This document shows, one piece after another, positions 56,202 through 64,000 of a stretch of 64,000 nt of DNA. A program made the position numbers and the translations under genes. The DNA comes from Spirochaetia bacterium. GTDB taxonomy: Bacteria; Spirochaetota; Spirochaetia; DSM-2461. The stretch is from contig OY764216.1 of NCBI GenBank assembly GCA_963668315.1, positions 2,144,001 to 2,208,000 of the forward strand, written 5' to 3'. The notes beneath the pieces were generated by a model. The model searched no databases and was not told where the DNA came from. It was given only the letters and a program-made list of their open reading frames with translations. Within the stretch, counting starts at the first letter, position 1, and the number at the start of each line of letters is the position of its first letter.

Positions 56202-57633
56202 ACCTGTGAGCATTCCCGAAGACATAGAGAACCTGCATTTTTATTTTATCGGTATCAAGGGGACCGGCATGGCCGCCCTGGCCGAGTTATACTCGGGCCG
56301 GGGGGCGCGTATCACCGGCTCCGATGTGGAAGAGACTTTCTACACAGACCGGATCCTTTCCCGGCTGCCCGTAAAAGTGCTTAAGGGATTTTCCGCCGGC
56401 CATATCGATGAGGCGGGCAAAATCGACTTTGCCGTCCGTTCCAGCGCCTACGGTGATGACCATCCCGAGGTGAAAGCGGTGAAGGCAAAGGGCATCCCCC
56501 TCTTCAATTATACCGAAGCTCTGGGAGAATTGTCCCGCCATTACGCTTCCACGGGAATCGCCGGCGTCCATGGGAAAACCACCACCACCGGCATGATCGG
56601 CACACTGCTAAAAGAGCTTTCCCTGCCTGCTTCCGTCCTTGTGGGAAGCGGTGTCTCCTCTTTCGACGGGAGCGCTTCCTGGCGGGGGGGGGACAGATAT
56701 TTCGTGGCCGAAACCTGCGAGTACCAGAGACACTTCCTGGATTTTCATCCCGGAAGAATCGTGTTGACGAGCGTGGAGCCGGACCACCTGGATTACTTCA
56801 AGGGGTATATGGATATTCTGTCCGCCTTCATGGAGTATATCGATCTCCTACCCGAAGGGGGAGAGCTCATCTACTGCGCCGATGATCCGGGCGCCATGGA
56901 AGCGGCCCAGAGAAGTTCCCTGGACAGGCCCGACCTGAAACTGATCCCCTACGGGGAGACCGCCGAAGGTCCCTACCGTCTGACCCATTCCCGTCTGGAA
57001 GAGGGGAGGAATATTTTCCGGCTGGCCCGGTGGGAGAGGGATTTTATCCTTCCCCTTCCCGGCAAGCATCTTCAGCTTAATGCCGCGGCCGCCCTGGCTG
57101 TTACCGCTTCTGTACTCGCCGAAGAGGGGAGGGAGGTGGATGATGGCTGTCTCGATGTTCTGGCCGAAGGAATCTCACGGTTCCGGGGAAGCAAGAGACG
57201 GTGCGAGCTGGTCGGGGAAAAGGACGGCGTTCTTGTCATCGATGATTACGGCCATCACCCCACGGCGGTTGATCTGACCCTGAAGGGACTGAGGGAATTT
57301 TATCCGAACCGGCGGCTTGTTGTGGATTTCATGTCCCACACCTATTCCCGAACCGCCGCTCTGCTGGAACGGTTCGCCTCCTCCTTTTCCGCGGCGGACT
57401 GCGTCATCCTCCATAAGATATACGGGTCGGCCCGGGAAAAGTACGACGGAAGCGTCACGGGGGAAACCCTTTTCGAAGAGACGAAAAAACGGCACGGGGA
57501 GGTGTATTATTTCACTGAAATCGACGATGCCCTGCCGTTTCTGCGTGACTATTTACGTCCGGGCGACCTTTTTGTTACAATGGGGGCCGGGGATAACTGG
57601 CAGTTAGGCCTGAAAATATTAGAAAATACTTAA
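56194..57633 (+). CDS. murC: UDP-N-acetylmuramate--L-alanine ligase
   Basis: GIKGTGM..LA, GSD, AGVHGKTTTT, E.CEY, DHLDY, DDYGHHPT, HTYSRT, MGAG. Confidence 0.95.
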   Translation: MDEPVSIPEDIENLHFYFIGIKGTGMAALAELYSGRGARITGSDVEETFYTDRILSRLPVKVLKGFSAGHIDEAGKIDFAVRSSAYGDDHPEVKAVKAKGIPLFNYTEALGELSRHYASTGIAGVHGKTTTTGMIGTLLKELSLPASVLVGSGVSSFDGSASWRGGDRYFVAETCEYQRHFLDFHPGRIVLTSVEPDHLDYFKGYMDILSAFMEYIDLLPEGGELIYCADDPGAMEAAQRSSLDRPDLKLIPYGETAEGPYRLTHSRLEEGRNIFRLARWERDFILPLPGKHLQLNAAAALAVTASVLAEEGREVDDGCLDVLAEGISRFRGSKRRCELVGEKDGVLVIDDYGHHPTAVDLTLKGLREFYPNRRLVVDFMSHTYSRTAALLERFASSFSAADCVILHKIYGSAREKYDGSVTGETLFEETKKRHGEVYYFTEIDDALPFLRDYLRPGDLFVTMGAGDNWQLGLKILENT

Positions 57634-57642
57634 GGAAACACC

Positions 57643-58509
57643 ATGAAAAGTATGACCGGTTTCGGGTATGCGGAAATTCAGGATGAATCGATTCATCTCA
57701 CCGCCGATCTGAAATCCTACAACAACCGCTATCTGGATCTTATTATTAATATACCCCCTCCTCTGAATCCCCTGGAACCGGCCATAAGGGAAAGGCTTTC
57801 CCGATCGGTCAAAAGGGGGCGGGTCGAACTGTACCTGCGCATGAGGGAGCTGGAGGAGAATCTGAGCATCATCCTGGATCGGGATGCGGCCAGGGCCTAT
57901 GCCGGGAAACTCCGTGAATTGGGATCTGAGCTGAATCTCAAGGATGAACTGGGCTACAGCCATATCCTGGGGTTGGAAGGTGTCTTGAAGGTAGACAAAA
58001 AAAGGGACCTGGATTTTCTGGGGGATATGGTCAACCGGATTATCGATCAGGCCCTGGCCGAACTTCTGGAACGGAGGGCCGGGGAAGGGGAAAGCACCGA
58101 AGCGGATATTATGGAGCAGATCGGCCATGTGGAAGACGCGCTGGCTAAAATCCGCGAGCTGGCCCCCGGCGTGGAGGAAAAGGTGACCGCCCTTCTCCAT
58201 GACAAGTTCCGGGAGGTGCTGGGGGATGACCTGGAAGAGTCGCGTGTCCTTCAGGAAACGGCTTCCTATCTGGTCAGGTACGATATCAATGAAGAGATCA
58301 GCCGCCTGACCGCTCATCTGAACTCCTTCCACTCCATCGCCCGGAATGAGGAGATGGTGGGGAAAAAACTGGATTTTCTCTGTCAGGAGATGAACCGGGA
58401 GATCAATACCATCGGTTCCAAGACCCCCCAGGTGGAAGTAAGCCGCCTCGTGGTGGAGATGAAGGACTGCATGGAGAAAATCAGGGAGCAGTTGAGAAAT
58501 GTCGAGTAA
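57643..58509 (+). CDS. yicC: YicC/YloC-family endoribonuclease
   Basis: MKSMTGFG, S.N.RYLD, RGRV, DI.EEI.RL, GKKLDFL.QEMNRE.NTIGSK, IREQ..NVE. Confidence 0.95.
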   Translation: MKSMTGFGYAEIQDESIHLTADLKSYNNRYLDLIINIPPPLNPLEPAIRERLSRSVKRGRVELYLRMRELEENLSIILDRDAARAYAGKLRELGSELNLKDELGYSHILGLEGVLKVDKKRDLDFLGDMVNRIIDQALAELLERRAGEGESTEADIMEQIGHVEDALAKIRELAPGVEEKVTALLHDKFREVLGDDLEESRVLQETASYLVRYDINEEISRLTAHLNSFHSIARNEEMVGKKLDFLCQEMNREINTIGSKTPQVEVSRLVVEMKDCMEKIREQLRNVE

Positions 58510-59044
58510 AGGCGATGGGAAAACCCGAATAGCTATCTCGGGAAAGAGCGGATGCGGCAATACCACCGTTACCAGCATGCTGTCCGAAGCGCTCGGTTAC
58601 CGTATGGTGAACTACACCTTTCATACCCTGGCAGATGAGAAGGGAATCGATTTCGATGAATTCTGCCGAATGGCCCAGGATGATCCCCAGTATGACTACC
58701 TTGTGGACAGAAAGCAGGTCGAACTGGCCATGGAGGAAAATTCCGTCCTCGGTTCCCGTCTGGCCATCTGGATGCTGGAAGAGGCGGACCTCAAAGTTTT
58801 TCTTACCGCTTCCCCCGAAGTCAGGGCAGGGCGTATTCTGAAGAGGGAAGGGGGCGATGTCAGGGTGCAGATGGAAAAGACAGCCCTCAGGGATAAGCGG
58901 GACCACGAAAGATATCTGAAACTCTATGATTTGGATAACGACGATTATGCCTTTGCCGACCTTATTATCAATACGGACCGCATGAATCCCGAACAGATAA
59001 GGGATATTATCCTGGCTGCCCTGAAAGCCCGAGCGTCTACATAA
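58499..59044 (+). CDS. cmk: Cytidylate kinase, short archaeal-like type
   Basis: IAISGKSGCG.TT, D..Q, SRLA.W, L.A..EVRA.RI..RE, RD..D..RY..LY. Confidence 0.85.
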   Translation: MSSKGDGKTRIAISGKSGCGNTTVTSMLSEALGYRMVNYTFHTLADEKGIDFDEFCRMAQDDPQYDYLVDRKQVELAMEENSVLGSRLAIWMLEEADLKVFLTASPEVRAGRILKREGGDVRVQMEKTALRDKRDHERYLKLYDLDNDDYAFADLIINTDRMNPEQIRDIILAALKARAST

Positions 59045-60488
59045 AGGGGGATGCCAGGCGGCAGAGGGAATTTCTCAGCCGCTTCAGCAGCCCCAGATTC
59101 TTGAAATACTCCAGATTCACCTCCCGGCAGTCCTTCATATCCAGGTAGAACTGTTCTTTCAGCTCTCCCGTAATCTTGTCGGAATAGATCATGGCGTTGA
59201 TCTCGTAATGGAGGTGGAAGCTGCGGATATCCATGTTGCAGGTTCCCACCGAACAGAGGTGGTGGTCCACAATGAATACTTTGCTGTGAAGGAAGCCCTT
59301 CTCGTAGGAGAAAACTCTCACCCCGGCGCGGATGATCTTCTCCAGATAGGTGTGGGCGGCCCACCAGGCCACCCGCTTGTCCGGGACGCCGGTGATCATG
59401 AAATAGACTTTGGTTCCGCTCAGGGCCGCCGTCTGCAGGGCATCCAGCATGGAGTTGTCCGGGACGAAATAGGGGCTCTGTATGAAAACTTCGCTGTTGG
59501 CATTGGATATAAGGGACAGATAGGCCAGCTTGAGGCTGAACCATTCCGAATCGGGACCACTGACGGCTATCTGAAGGGGGTACTGCTGCTTTGTCTCGTC
59601 ATGCTCGGGGGGAGCGGGGTAGGTCACGTTTTCATTGATGCAGTTGGCCCAGTCCGCCATGAATACACTGTCTAGAAGGGTCAGGCAGCTGCCGGTCAGC
59701 CGGATCTGCGTATCCCGCCAGGAGGCGAAATGGCGGCCCCCGTCTATATATTCCTGACCGATATTCATACCGCCGAGATAGCCTATCTTTCCGTCGATGG
59801 TGACTATTTTCTTATGGTTGTTATAGTTGATTTTATGGCGGGATCCGGGATCGCGCAGGTCGAGAAAGTACCGGTAGGAAATGCCGGCCTTTTTCAGTTC
59901 TCTCCGATAGCGGTGGGAAATGCGCAGAAGGGAACCGAAACCGTCGAAAATCAGTCGGATCTCCAGGCCCTGTGAGGCTTTCTCAATCAGTATATCCTTG
60001 ATCTTTTCCCCCAGGCTGTCCGATCGCCAGATGAAGAAATCCATATGGATCTGCTTTTCGGCGTGGCGGATATCGTCGAGGAGGGAGGCGAAAAAATCTT
60101 CTCCCCTGTAGAAGAGGCGGTAGCTGTCCGCATAAGTGAGGGAAGAGTGACACCCCTTTTGTATGAGCTTGATGAGTTTCTCCACGTCATTGGCGGTGTC
60201 GGGATTCTGAAATCTCATTTTCTTCATGAACTGTTTGTTGATATCCTCGTAGGCGATTCTGTAGGTGTTGAGCGCTTCTTCGGGACTGTACTTGAGGAGT
60301 TTATGCCTCTGCCAGTCTATTCCGAGAAGGATGAAGATACCCAGTCCCAGAAGGGGAACGGTGAATATCAGTATGATCCAGAGGATTGAGGTGGTGGAAT
60401 CCCTGTTGGAGAGAATGATGGCGAATGTTACGATAACCGTCACGATCAGGTTAGCCGTATAAATTATCTGAACCAGTGAGAACATCAT
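59037..60488 (-). CDS. cls: Cardiolipin synthase
   Basis: Two N-terminal TM helices and two HKD motifs (NHKKIVTIDG, LHSKVFIVD); GGMNIG.EY, WRDT, SPYFVP. Confidence 0.94.
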   Translation of the reverse strand: MMFSLVQIIYTANLIVTVIVTFAIILSNRDSTTSILWIILIFTVPLLGLGIFILLGIDWQRHKLLKYSPEEALNTYRIAYEDINKQFMKKMRFQNPDTANDVEKLIKLIQKGCHSSLTYADSYRLFYRGEDFFASLLDDIRHAEKQIHMDFFIWRSDSLGEKIKDILIEKASQGLEIRLIFDGFGSLLRISHRYRRELKKAGISYRYFLDLRDPGSRHKINYNNHKKIVTIDGKIGYLGGMNIGQEYIDGGRHFASWRDTQIRLTGSCLTLLDSVFMADWANCINENVTYPAPPEHDETKQQYPLQIAVSGPDSEWFSLKLAYLSLISNANSEVFIQSPYFVPDNSMLDALQTAALSGTKVYFMITGVPDKRVAWWAAHTYLEKIIRAGVRVFSYEKGFLHSKVFIVDHHLCSVGTCNMDIRSFHLHYEINAMIYSDKITGELKEQFYLDMKDCREVNLEYFKNLGLLKRLRNSLCRLASPFM

Positions 60489-60530
60489 CTAATAATTGTA
60501 CCAAAATTGGGGAAAGATCAAGGGGAAAGT

Positions 60531-60557
60531 AAAAAAAGGGACCCTTAAGGTCCCTTT
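60531..60557 (-). terminator. Rho-independent terminator of tRNA-Phe
   Basis: AAAGGGACC-CTTAA-GGTCCCTTT with an A-tract on the + side. Confidence 0.85.
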
Positions 60558-60559
60558 GC

Positions 60560-60632
60560 TGCCACCGATGAGATTTGAACTCATGACACAGGGATTTTCA
60601 GTCCCCTGCTCTACCGACTGAGCTACAGCGGC
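60560..60632 (-). tRNA. tRNA-Phe (GAA), CCA not encoded
   Basis: Reverse complement GCCGCTGTAGCTCAGTCGGTAGAGCAGGGGACTGAAAATCCCTGTGTCATGAGTTCAAATCTCATCGGTGGCA folds as a cloverleaf with anticodon loop CTGAAAA. Confidence 0.97.
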
Positions 60633-60646
60633 ATTAACGAAAAGGG

Positions 60647-60675
60647 ATTATAGGGGAAAGCTTTTTTTTTGTCAA
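60647..60675 (-). promoter_or_regulatory. Consensus sigma70 promoter of tRNA-Phe
   Basis: Perfect TTGACA-N17-TATAAT on the minus strand. Confidence 0.9.
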
Positions 60676-60967
60676 CAGACCCTGTTCTCCCGCTCCGGGA
60701 TGGATATTACGTTTTTCATGATAAGGGGGAGGGAATCGGCGAATCCTCTTTCAGATCGGTATTTATTATACGATATGGTATAAAATACTTATGAGTAATA
60801 TTGACAATATTGTACAATTTCTCCAACCTAGGGAGGTGTCTTCCCGGCTCGTGAATCGGGGGGCGCAAAAAAAACAGTAATAATATTGATATCGGCCTCA
60901 AAGGGGATTTCGTGGGAAATCCGTATATAAGAGAGGCCGGGTTATCATTAAATTCAGGAGTTTTATT

Positions 60968-62440
60968 TTGTCTGAAAAACAGCAATGGGGCAGCCGTCTG
61001 GGATTTATTCTGGCTGCTGTAGGTTCCGCAATCGGTCTGGGAAACATCTGGCGGTTTCCCTATATGGTTTATGAGAACGGGGGAGGAGCTTTCCTTATAC
61101 CCTATTTCATCGCATTGCTTACGGCCGGTATTCCCATCATGATTCTTGAGTTCAGCCTGGGCCACAAGAGCCGTTCCGGCGCTCCCCTGACGTTTTCCGC
61201 CCTCAATAAGAGATGGGAATGGCTGGGCTGGTTCCAGACGGGAGTGAGCATAGTCATCGCCATTTACTATGTGGTCGTGGTGGGATGGTCCATCAGCTAT
61301 GTCGTCTTCGCCTTCACCCAGTCCTGGGGCGACTCGTCGGCGGATTTCTTCCTCAACGGTTATCTTCATATAAGCAGCGGCCCCTTTGTCCTGGGCGGAT
61401 TCAACAAAGGTATCTGCCTGACCATCCTCGCGGCCTGGGTCTTTAATTTTCTGGCCAGCTATGCCGGTGTTCACAAGGGCTTGGAGAGGGCGAATAAGAT
61501 ATTCATGCCCGTTCTCATCATCATGCTCCTTATTGTCATGGTCCGCTCGCTGACTCTGCCGGGAGCCTCACAAGGGCTGCAGCTTCTCTTCAAACCGGAT
61601 TTCAAGGCGGTTATGAAGCCTTCCGTCTGGATTGCCGCCTACGGTCAGATCTTCTACAGCCTGAGCATCGCCTTCGCCATCATGATTACCTATTCCAGTT
61701 ATCTACCGAAAAAGTCGGATATTGTGAACAATGCTTTCATTACCTCCCTGCTGAACTGCGGTTTCAGCATACTCTCGGGAATCACCATTTTCAGTATTGT
61801 CGGCTTTATGCAGCATCAGGCGGGCTCCCTGCCAGAAAAGCTCTCCGGGGTCATGCTCGCCTTTGTCACTCTTCCCTCCGCCATCAGTCAGCTGCCCGCT
61901 CTCAATGGGCTTATCGGCGTCCTCCTCTTTCTGACCCTCTCCTTTGCCGGTCTTTCCTCTTTCATCTCGATTAATGAGGTCATTGTCCGTTCCATAGCGG
62001 ATAAAATCGGCGTGGAAAGGCACAAGGTCACCATCTGGTTCTCCCTTCTGGGCGGTGCGGCCAGTCTGGTCTATGCCACGGGAGCCGGTCTTCACATCCT
62101 TGATGTGGTCGACCACTATATAAACAATTACGGGATCATCACAGCCGGTATCATTGAACTGATTCTGCTAGGCTGGTTCTATAATCTTGATGAAATACGA
62201 GAGCATGCCAATCTGACCAGCGATTTCCCCATCGGAAAGTGGTGGAATGTTATGATCCGCTTCGTCACGCCCCTGATTCTCGGAGTGAATTTCTTCCTTA
62301 ATCTGCGCGGCGATATATTAGGGAATTATTCCGGTTATCCCGGAGCCGTTCAAGTCGTTTTCGGATGGCTGATGATTGCCGTTGTGGTTCTGGGAGCACT
62401 GATCCCCACCCGAATGGCCTGGAAAAAGATCAAGGAGTAG
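60968..62440 (+). CDS. Sodium-dependent NSS-family amino acid transporter (MetP-like large subunit)
   Basis: W.SRLGFILAAVGSAIGLGNIWRFPY, GGGAFLIPY, QIFYSLS; TTG start after AGGAG. Confidence 0.93.
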   Translation: MSEKQQWGSRLGFILAAVGSAIGLGNIWRFPYMVYENGGGAFLIPYFIALLTAGIPIMILEFSLGHKSRSGAPLTFSALNKRWEWLGWFQTGVSIVIAIYYVVVVGWSISYVVFAFTQSWGDSSADFFLNGYLHISSGPFVLGGFNKGICLTILAAWVFNFLASYAGVHKGLERANKIFMPVLIIMLLIVMVRSLTLPGASQGLQLLFKPDFKAVMKPSVWIAAYGQIFYSLSIAFAIMITYSSYLPKKSDIVNNAFITSLLNCGFSILSGITIFSIVGFMQHQAGSLPEKLSGVMLAFVTLPSAISQLPALNGLIGVLLFLTLSFAGLSSFISINEVIVRSIADKIGVERHKVTIWFSLLGGAASLVYATGAGLHILDVVDHYINNYGIITAGIIELILLGWFYNLDEIREHANLTSDFPIGKWWNVMIRFVTPLILGVNFFLNLRGDILGNYSGYPGAVQVVFGWLMIAVVVLGALIPTRMAWKKIKE

Positions 62441-62448
62441 GGAATATT

Positions 62449-62547
62449 ATGACTATTGACGCCATTATTATGATGATTTTCGGACTCACCCTGACCTGGG
62501 GCGGGGCGGCAGTCTGCCTCTATATCGCTCTTAAGAAGAAGTCCTGA
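62449..62547 (+). CDS. MetS-family NSS transporter small subunit (32 aa)
   Basis: MTIDAIIMMIFGLTLTWGGAAVCLYIALKKKS: single TM with AI.MM...WGG, directly after an NSS gene. Confidence 0.82.
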   Translation: MTIDAIIMMIFGLTLTWGGAAVCLYIALKKKS

Positions 62548-62551
62548 TCCT

Positions 62552-63937
62552 ATGGGTACGAATGGTAAAGAGAGAGAGCAGCTGAGCACGAGACTGGGGT
62601 TCCTCCTTATCTCCGCCGGCTGCGCCATCGGCCTGGGAAATGTCTGGCGTTTCCCCTTTGTGACGGGACAATACGGCGGTGCCGCCTTCGTTTTGATTTA
62701 TCTCGTATTCCTCGTTATTTTCGGCATGCCCGTTCTCACCATGGAACTGGCCATAGGCCGGGGAGGAAAACGCAATATCGCCGGAGCCCTGAAGGCTCTG
62801 GAACCGGAAGGAAGCCGCTGGCATCTTTACGGGCACCTGGCAATCCTGGGAAATCTCATTCTCATGATGTTCTATACGACGGTGGCCGGCTGGATGCTGT
62901 CCTACTTCTACCATACCCTTGCCGGTGATCTGGCCGGTCTCGACCCGGCCCGGGTGGAGTCTTTTTTTCATGCCCAGCTGGCCTCGCCGCTGAGCCAGGT
63001 CGGATGGATGATACCCACGGTGCTCCTGGGCTTTCTGGTCTGCTCGCTGGGGCTGGAGAAGGGCGTGGAGAAAACAACCACCTGGATGATGTCCTCCCTT
63101 TTTATCATACTTCTCATACTGGTGGGTAAATCGATTTCCCTTCCCGGAGCCTCCGAGGGGATAGCCTTTTTTCTCAAGCCCGATTTCGGGAAGCTGATGG
63201 CCACGGGAGTCTGGAAGACCGTTTATGCCGCCATGGGGCAGGCTTTTTTTACCCTTAGCGTGGGAATAGGAAGCATGGCCATATTCGGAAGCTATATAGG
63301 ACGGGAACGCTCCCTGACGGGCGAATCGCTCCATATTATCGGCCTGGATACCCTGGTCGCCGTATTTTCCGGACTGATTATTTTCCCCGCCTGTTCCGCT
63401 TTCGGGATCAATGTCGGCTCCGGTCCCGGACTGATTTTCGTCGCCCTTCCCAATGTCTTCAACTCCATGGCGGGCGGACGGATCTGGGGCGGCTTGTTTT
63501 TTCTTTTCCTGAGCTTTGCGGCCATGTCCACGATTATCGCCGTATTTGAAAATATCATGGCCTACACCATGGAACATTGGGGCTGGAGCCGTAAGAAGGC
63601 CGCCCTTCTGAACGGGATCGGGATTATCGTCCTTTCCCTTCCCTGTTCCCTGGGTTTCAACCTTCTGGGCGCCGTTCAGCCTATGGGGGAAGGGTCGGTA
63701 ATCCTGGATCTGGAGGATTTTATCGTAGGTAATAATCTTCTGCCCCTCGGATCACTGGTCTTCGTTCTCTTCTGCAGTTTCAAAGCCGGCTGGGGATGGG
63801 ATAGTTTTCTCTGGGAAGCCAACCAGGGCCGGGGAATGGGATTTCCCGCCTGGAGCAGATTCTATGTCCGCTACATTCTTCCCCTGATCGTCATTGCCGT
63901 CTTCATCGGGGGGTATATGGATAAATTCGGCCATTAG
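62552..63937 (+). CDS. Second sodium-dependent NSS-family transporter
   Basis: RLGFLLISAGCAIGLGNVWRFP, GGAAFVLIY, QAFFTLSVG, GPGLIF. Confidence 0.93.
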   Translation: MGTNGKEREQLSTRLGFLLISAGCAIGLGNVWRFPFVTGQYGGAAFVLIYLVFLVIFGMPVLTMELAIGRGGKRNIAGALKALEPEGSRWHLYGHLAILGNLILMMFYTTVAGWMLSYFYHTLAGDLAGLDPARVESFFHAQLASPLSQVGWMIPTVLLGFLVCSLGLEKGVEKTTTWMMSSLFIILLILVGKSISLPGASEGIAFFLKPDFGKLMATGVWKTVYAAMGQAFFTLSVGIGSMAIFGSYIGRERSLTGESLHIIGLDTLVAVFSGLIIFPACSAFGINVGSGPGLIFVALPNVFNSMAGGRIWGGLFFLFLSFAAMSTIIAVFENIMAYTMEHWGWSRKKAALLNGIGIIVLSLPCSLGFNLLGAVQPMGEGSVILDLEDFIVGNNLLPLGSLVFVLFCSFKAGWGWDSFLWEANQGRGMGFPAWSRFYVRYILPLIVIAVFIGGYMDKFGH

Positions 63938-64000
63938 TGGTTTTGATAATGTTCTCATTCTTTGACATTCCTTCTTTCTAAACAGCCTTTTTATTTATCG

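Noticed and set aside
56194..59044. Archaeal-type cytidylate kinase after yicC where gmk is common in other bacteria
   Set aside because: From recollection, murC-yicC-cmk is the usual spirochaete arrangement, so it is a lineage marker and not a novelty.
60560..60632. tRNA-Phe as an integration site
   Set aside because: No duplicated tRNA 3' end and no integrase; the tRNA is followed directly by its terminator and cls.
60790..60910. Lysine-riboswitch-like words (ATGAGTA, GAGGTG, AAAGGGGA) before the NSS gene
   Set aside because: The words are in the wrong order and the GCCGAA and CTGTC elements are missing. SAM-I, glycine and T-box cores are also absent.
1..64000. CRISPR arrays, rRNA, prophage, restriction-modification or other defence genes, programmed frameshifts
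   Set aside because: No regularly spaced repeats, no cas, phage or methyltransferase motifs, and no split reading frames were found by inspection.

Overview
A 64 kb chromosomal segment, most likely from a free-living spirochaete of the Spirochaetaceae type. The assignment is inferred from the murC-yicC-cmk gene order, the long N-terminally extended UPRTase and the signal-peptide style; it is not from a database search. Most of the window is housekeeping and metabolic: the end of a chemotaxis operon (MCP-cheW-cheB), upp, oppA, two sugar ABC loci with GH2/GH42 beta-galactosidases, rlmN, an adk-ppaC-pdxK-HD-GYP operon, ald with an Lrp regulator, lspA, an EF-G paralogue, a U32/TrhP protein, recO, murC, yicC, cmk, cls, tRNA-Phe(GAA) and two NSS transporters with a MetS-type small subunit. 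There is one complete IS256-family element (50465-51765, 8-bp TSD AGGGCCTG) beside a small AT-rich island. No CRISPR array, rRNA, prophage or recognisable defence system was seen. The most interesting observations are: (1) two tandem ~674-aa five-TM proteins whose topology and motifs resemble IgaA/UmoB, the enterobacterial Rcs repressor, with no rcs genes in the window, so a candidate undescribed envelope-sensing system; (2) a switch-like RNA structure that can mask the upp ribosome-binding site; (3) many genes whose -10 box lies 6-9 nt before the start codon, suggesting widespread leaderless mRNAs; (4) small Cys-rich proteins coupled to adk and to the U32 gene; (5) a URO-D/MtaA-thioredoxin fusion with an altered zinc motif. 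All family calls come from motif recognition by eye.
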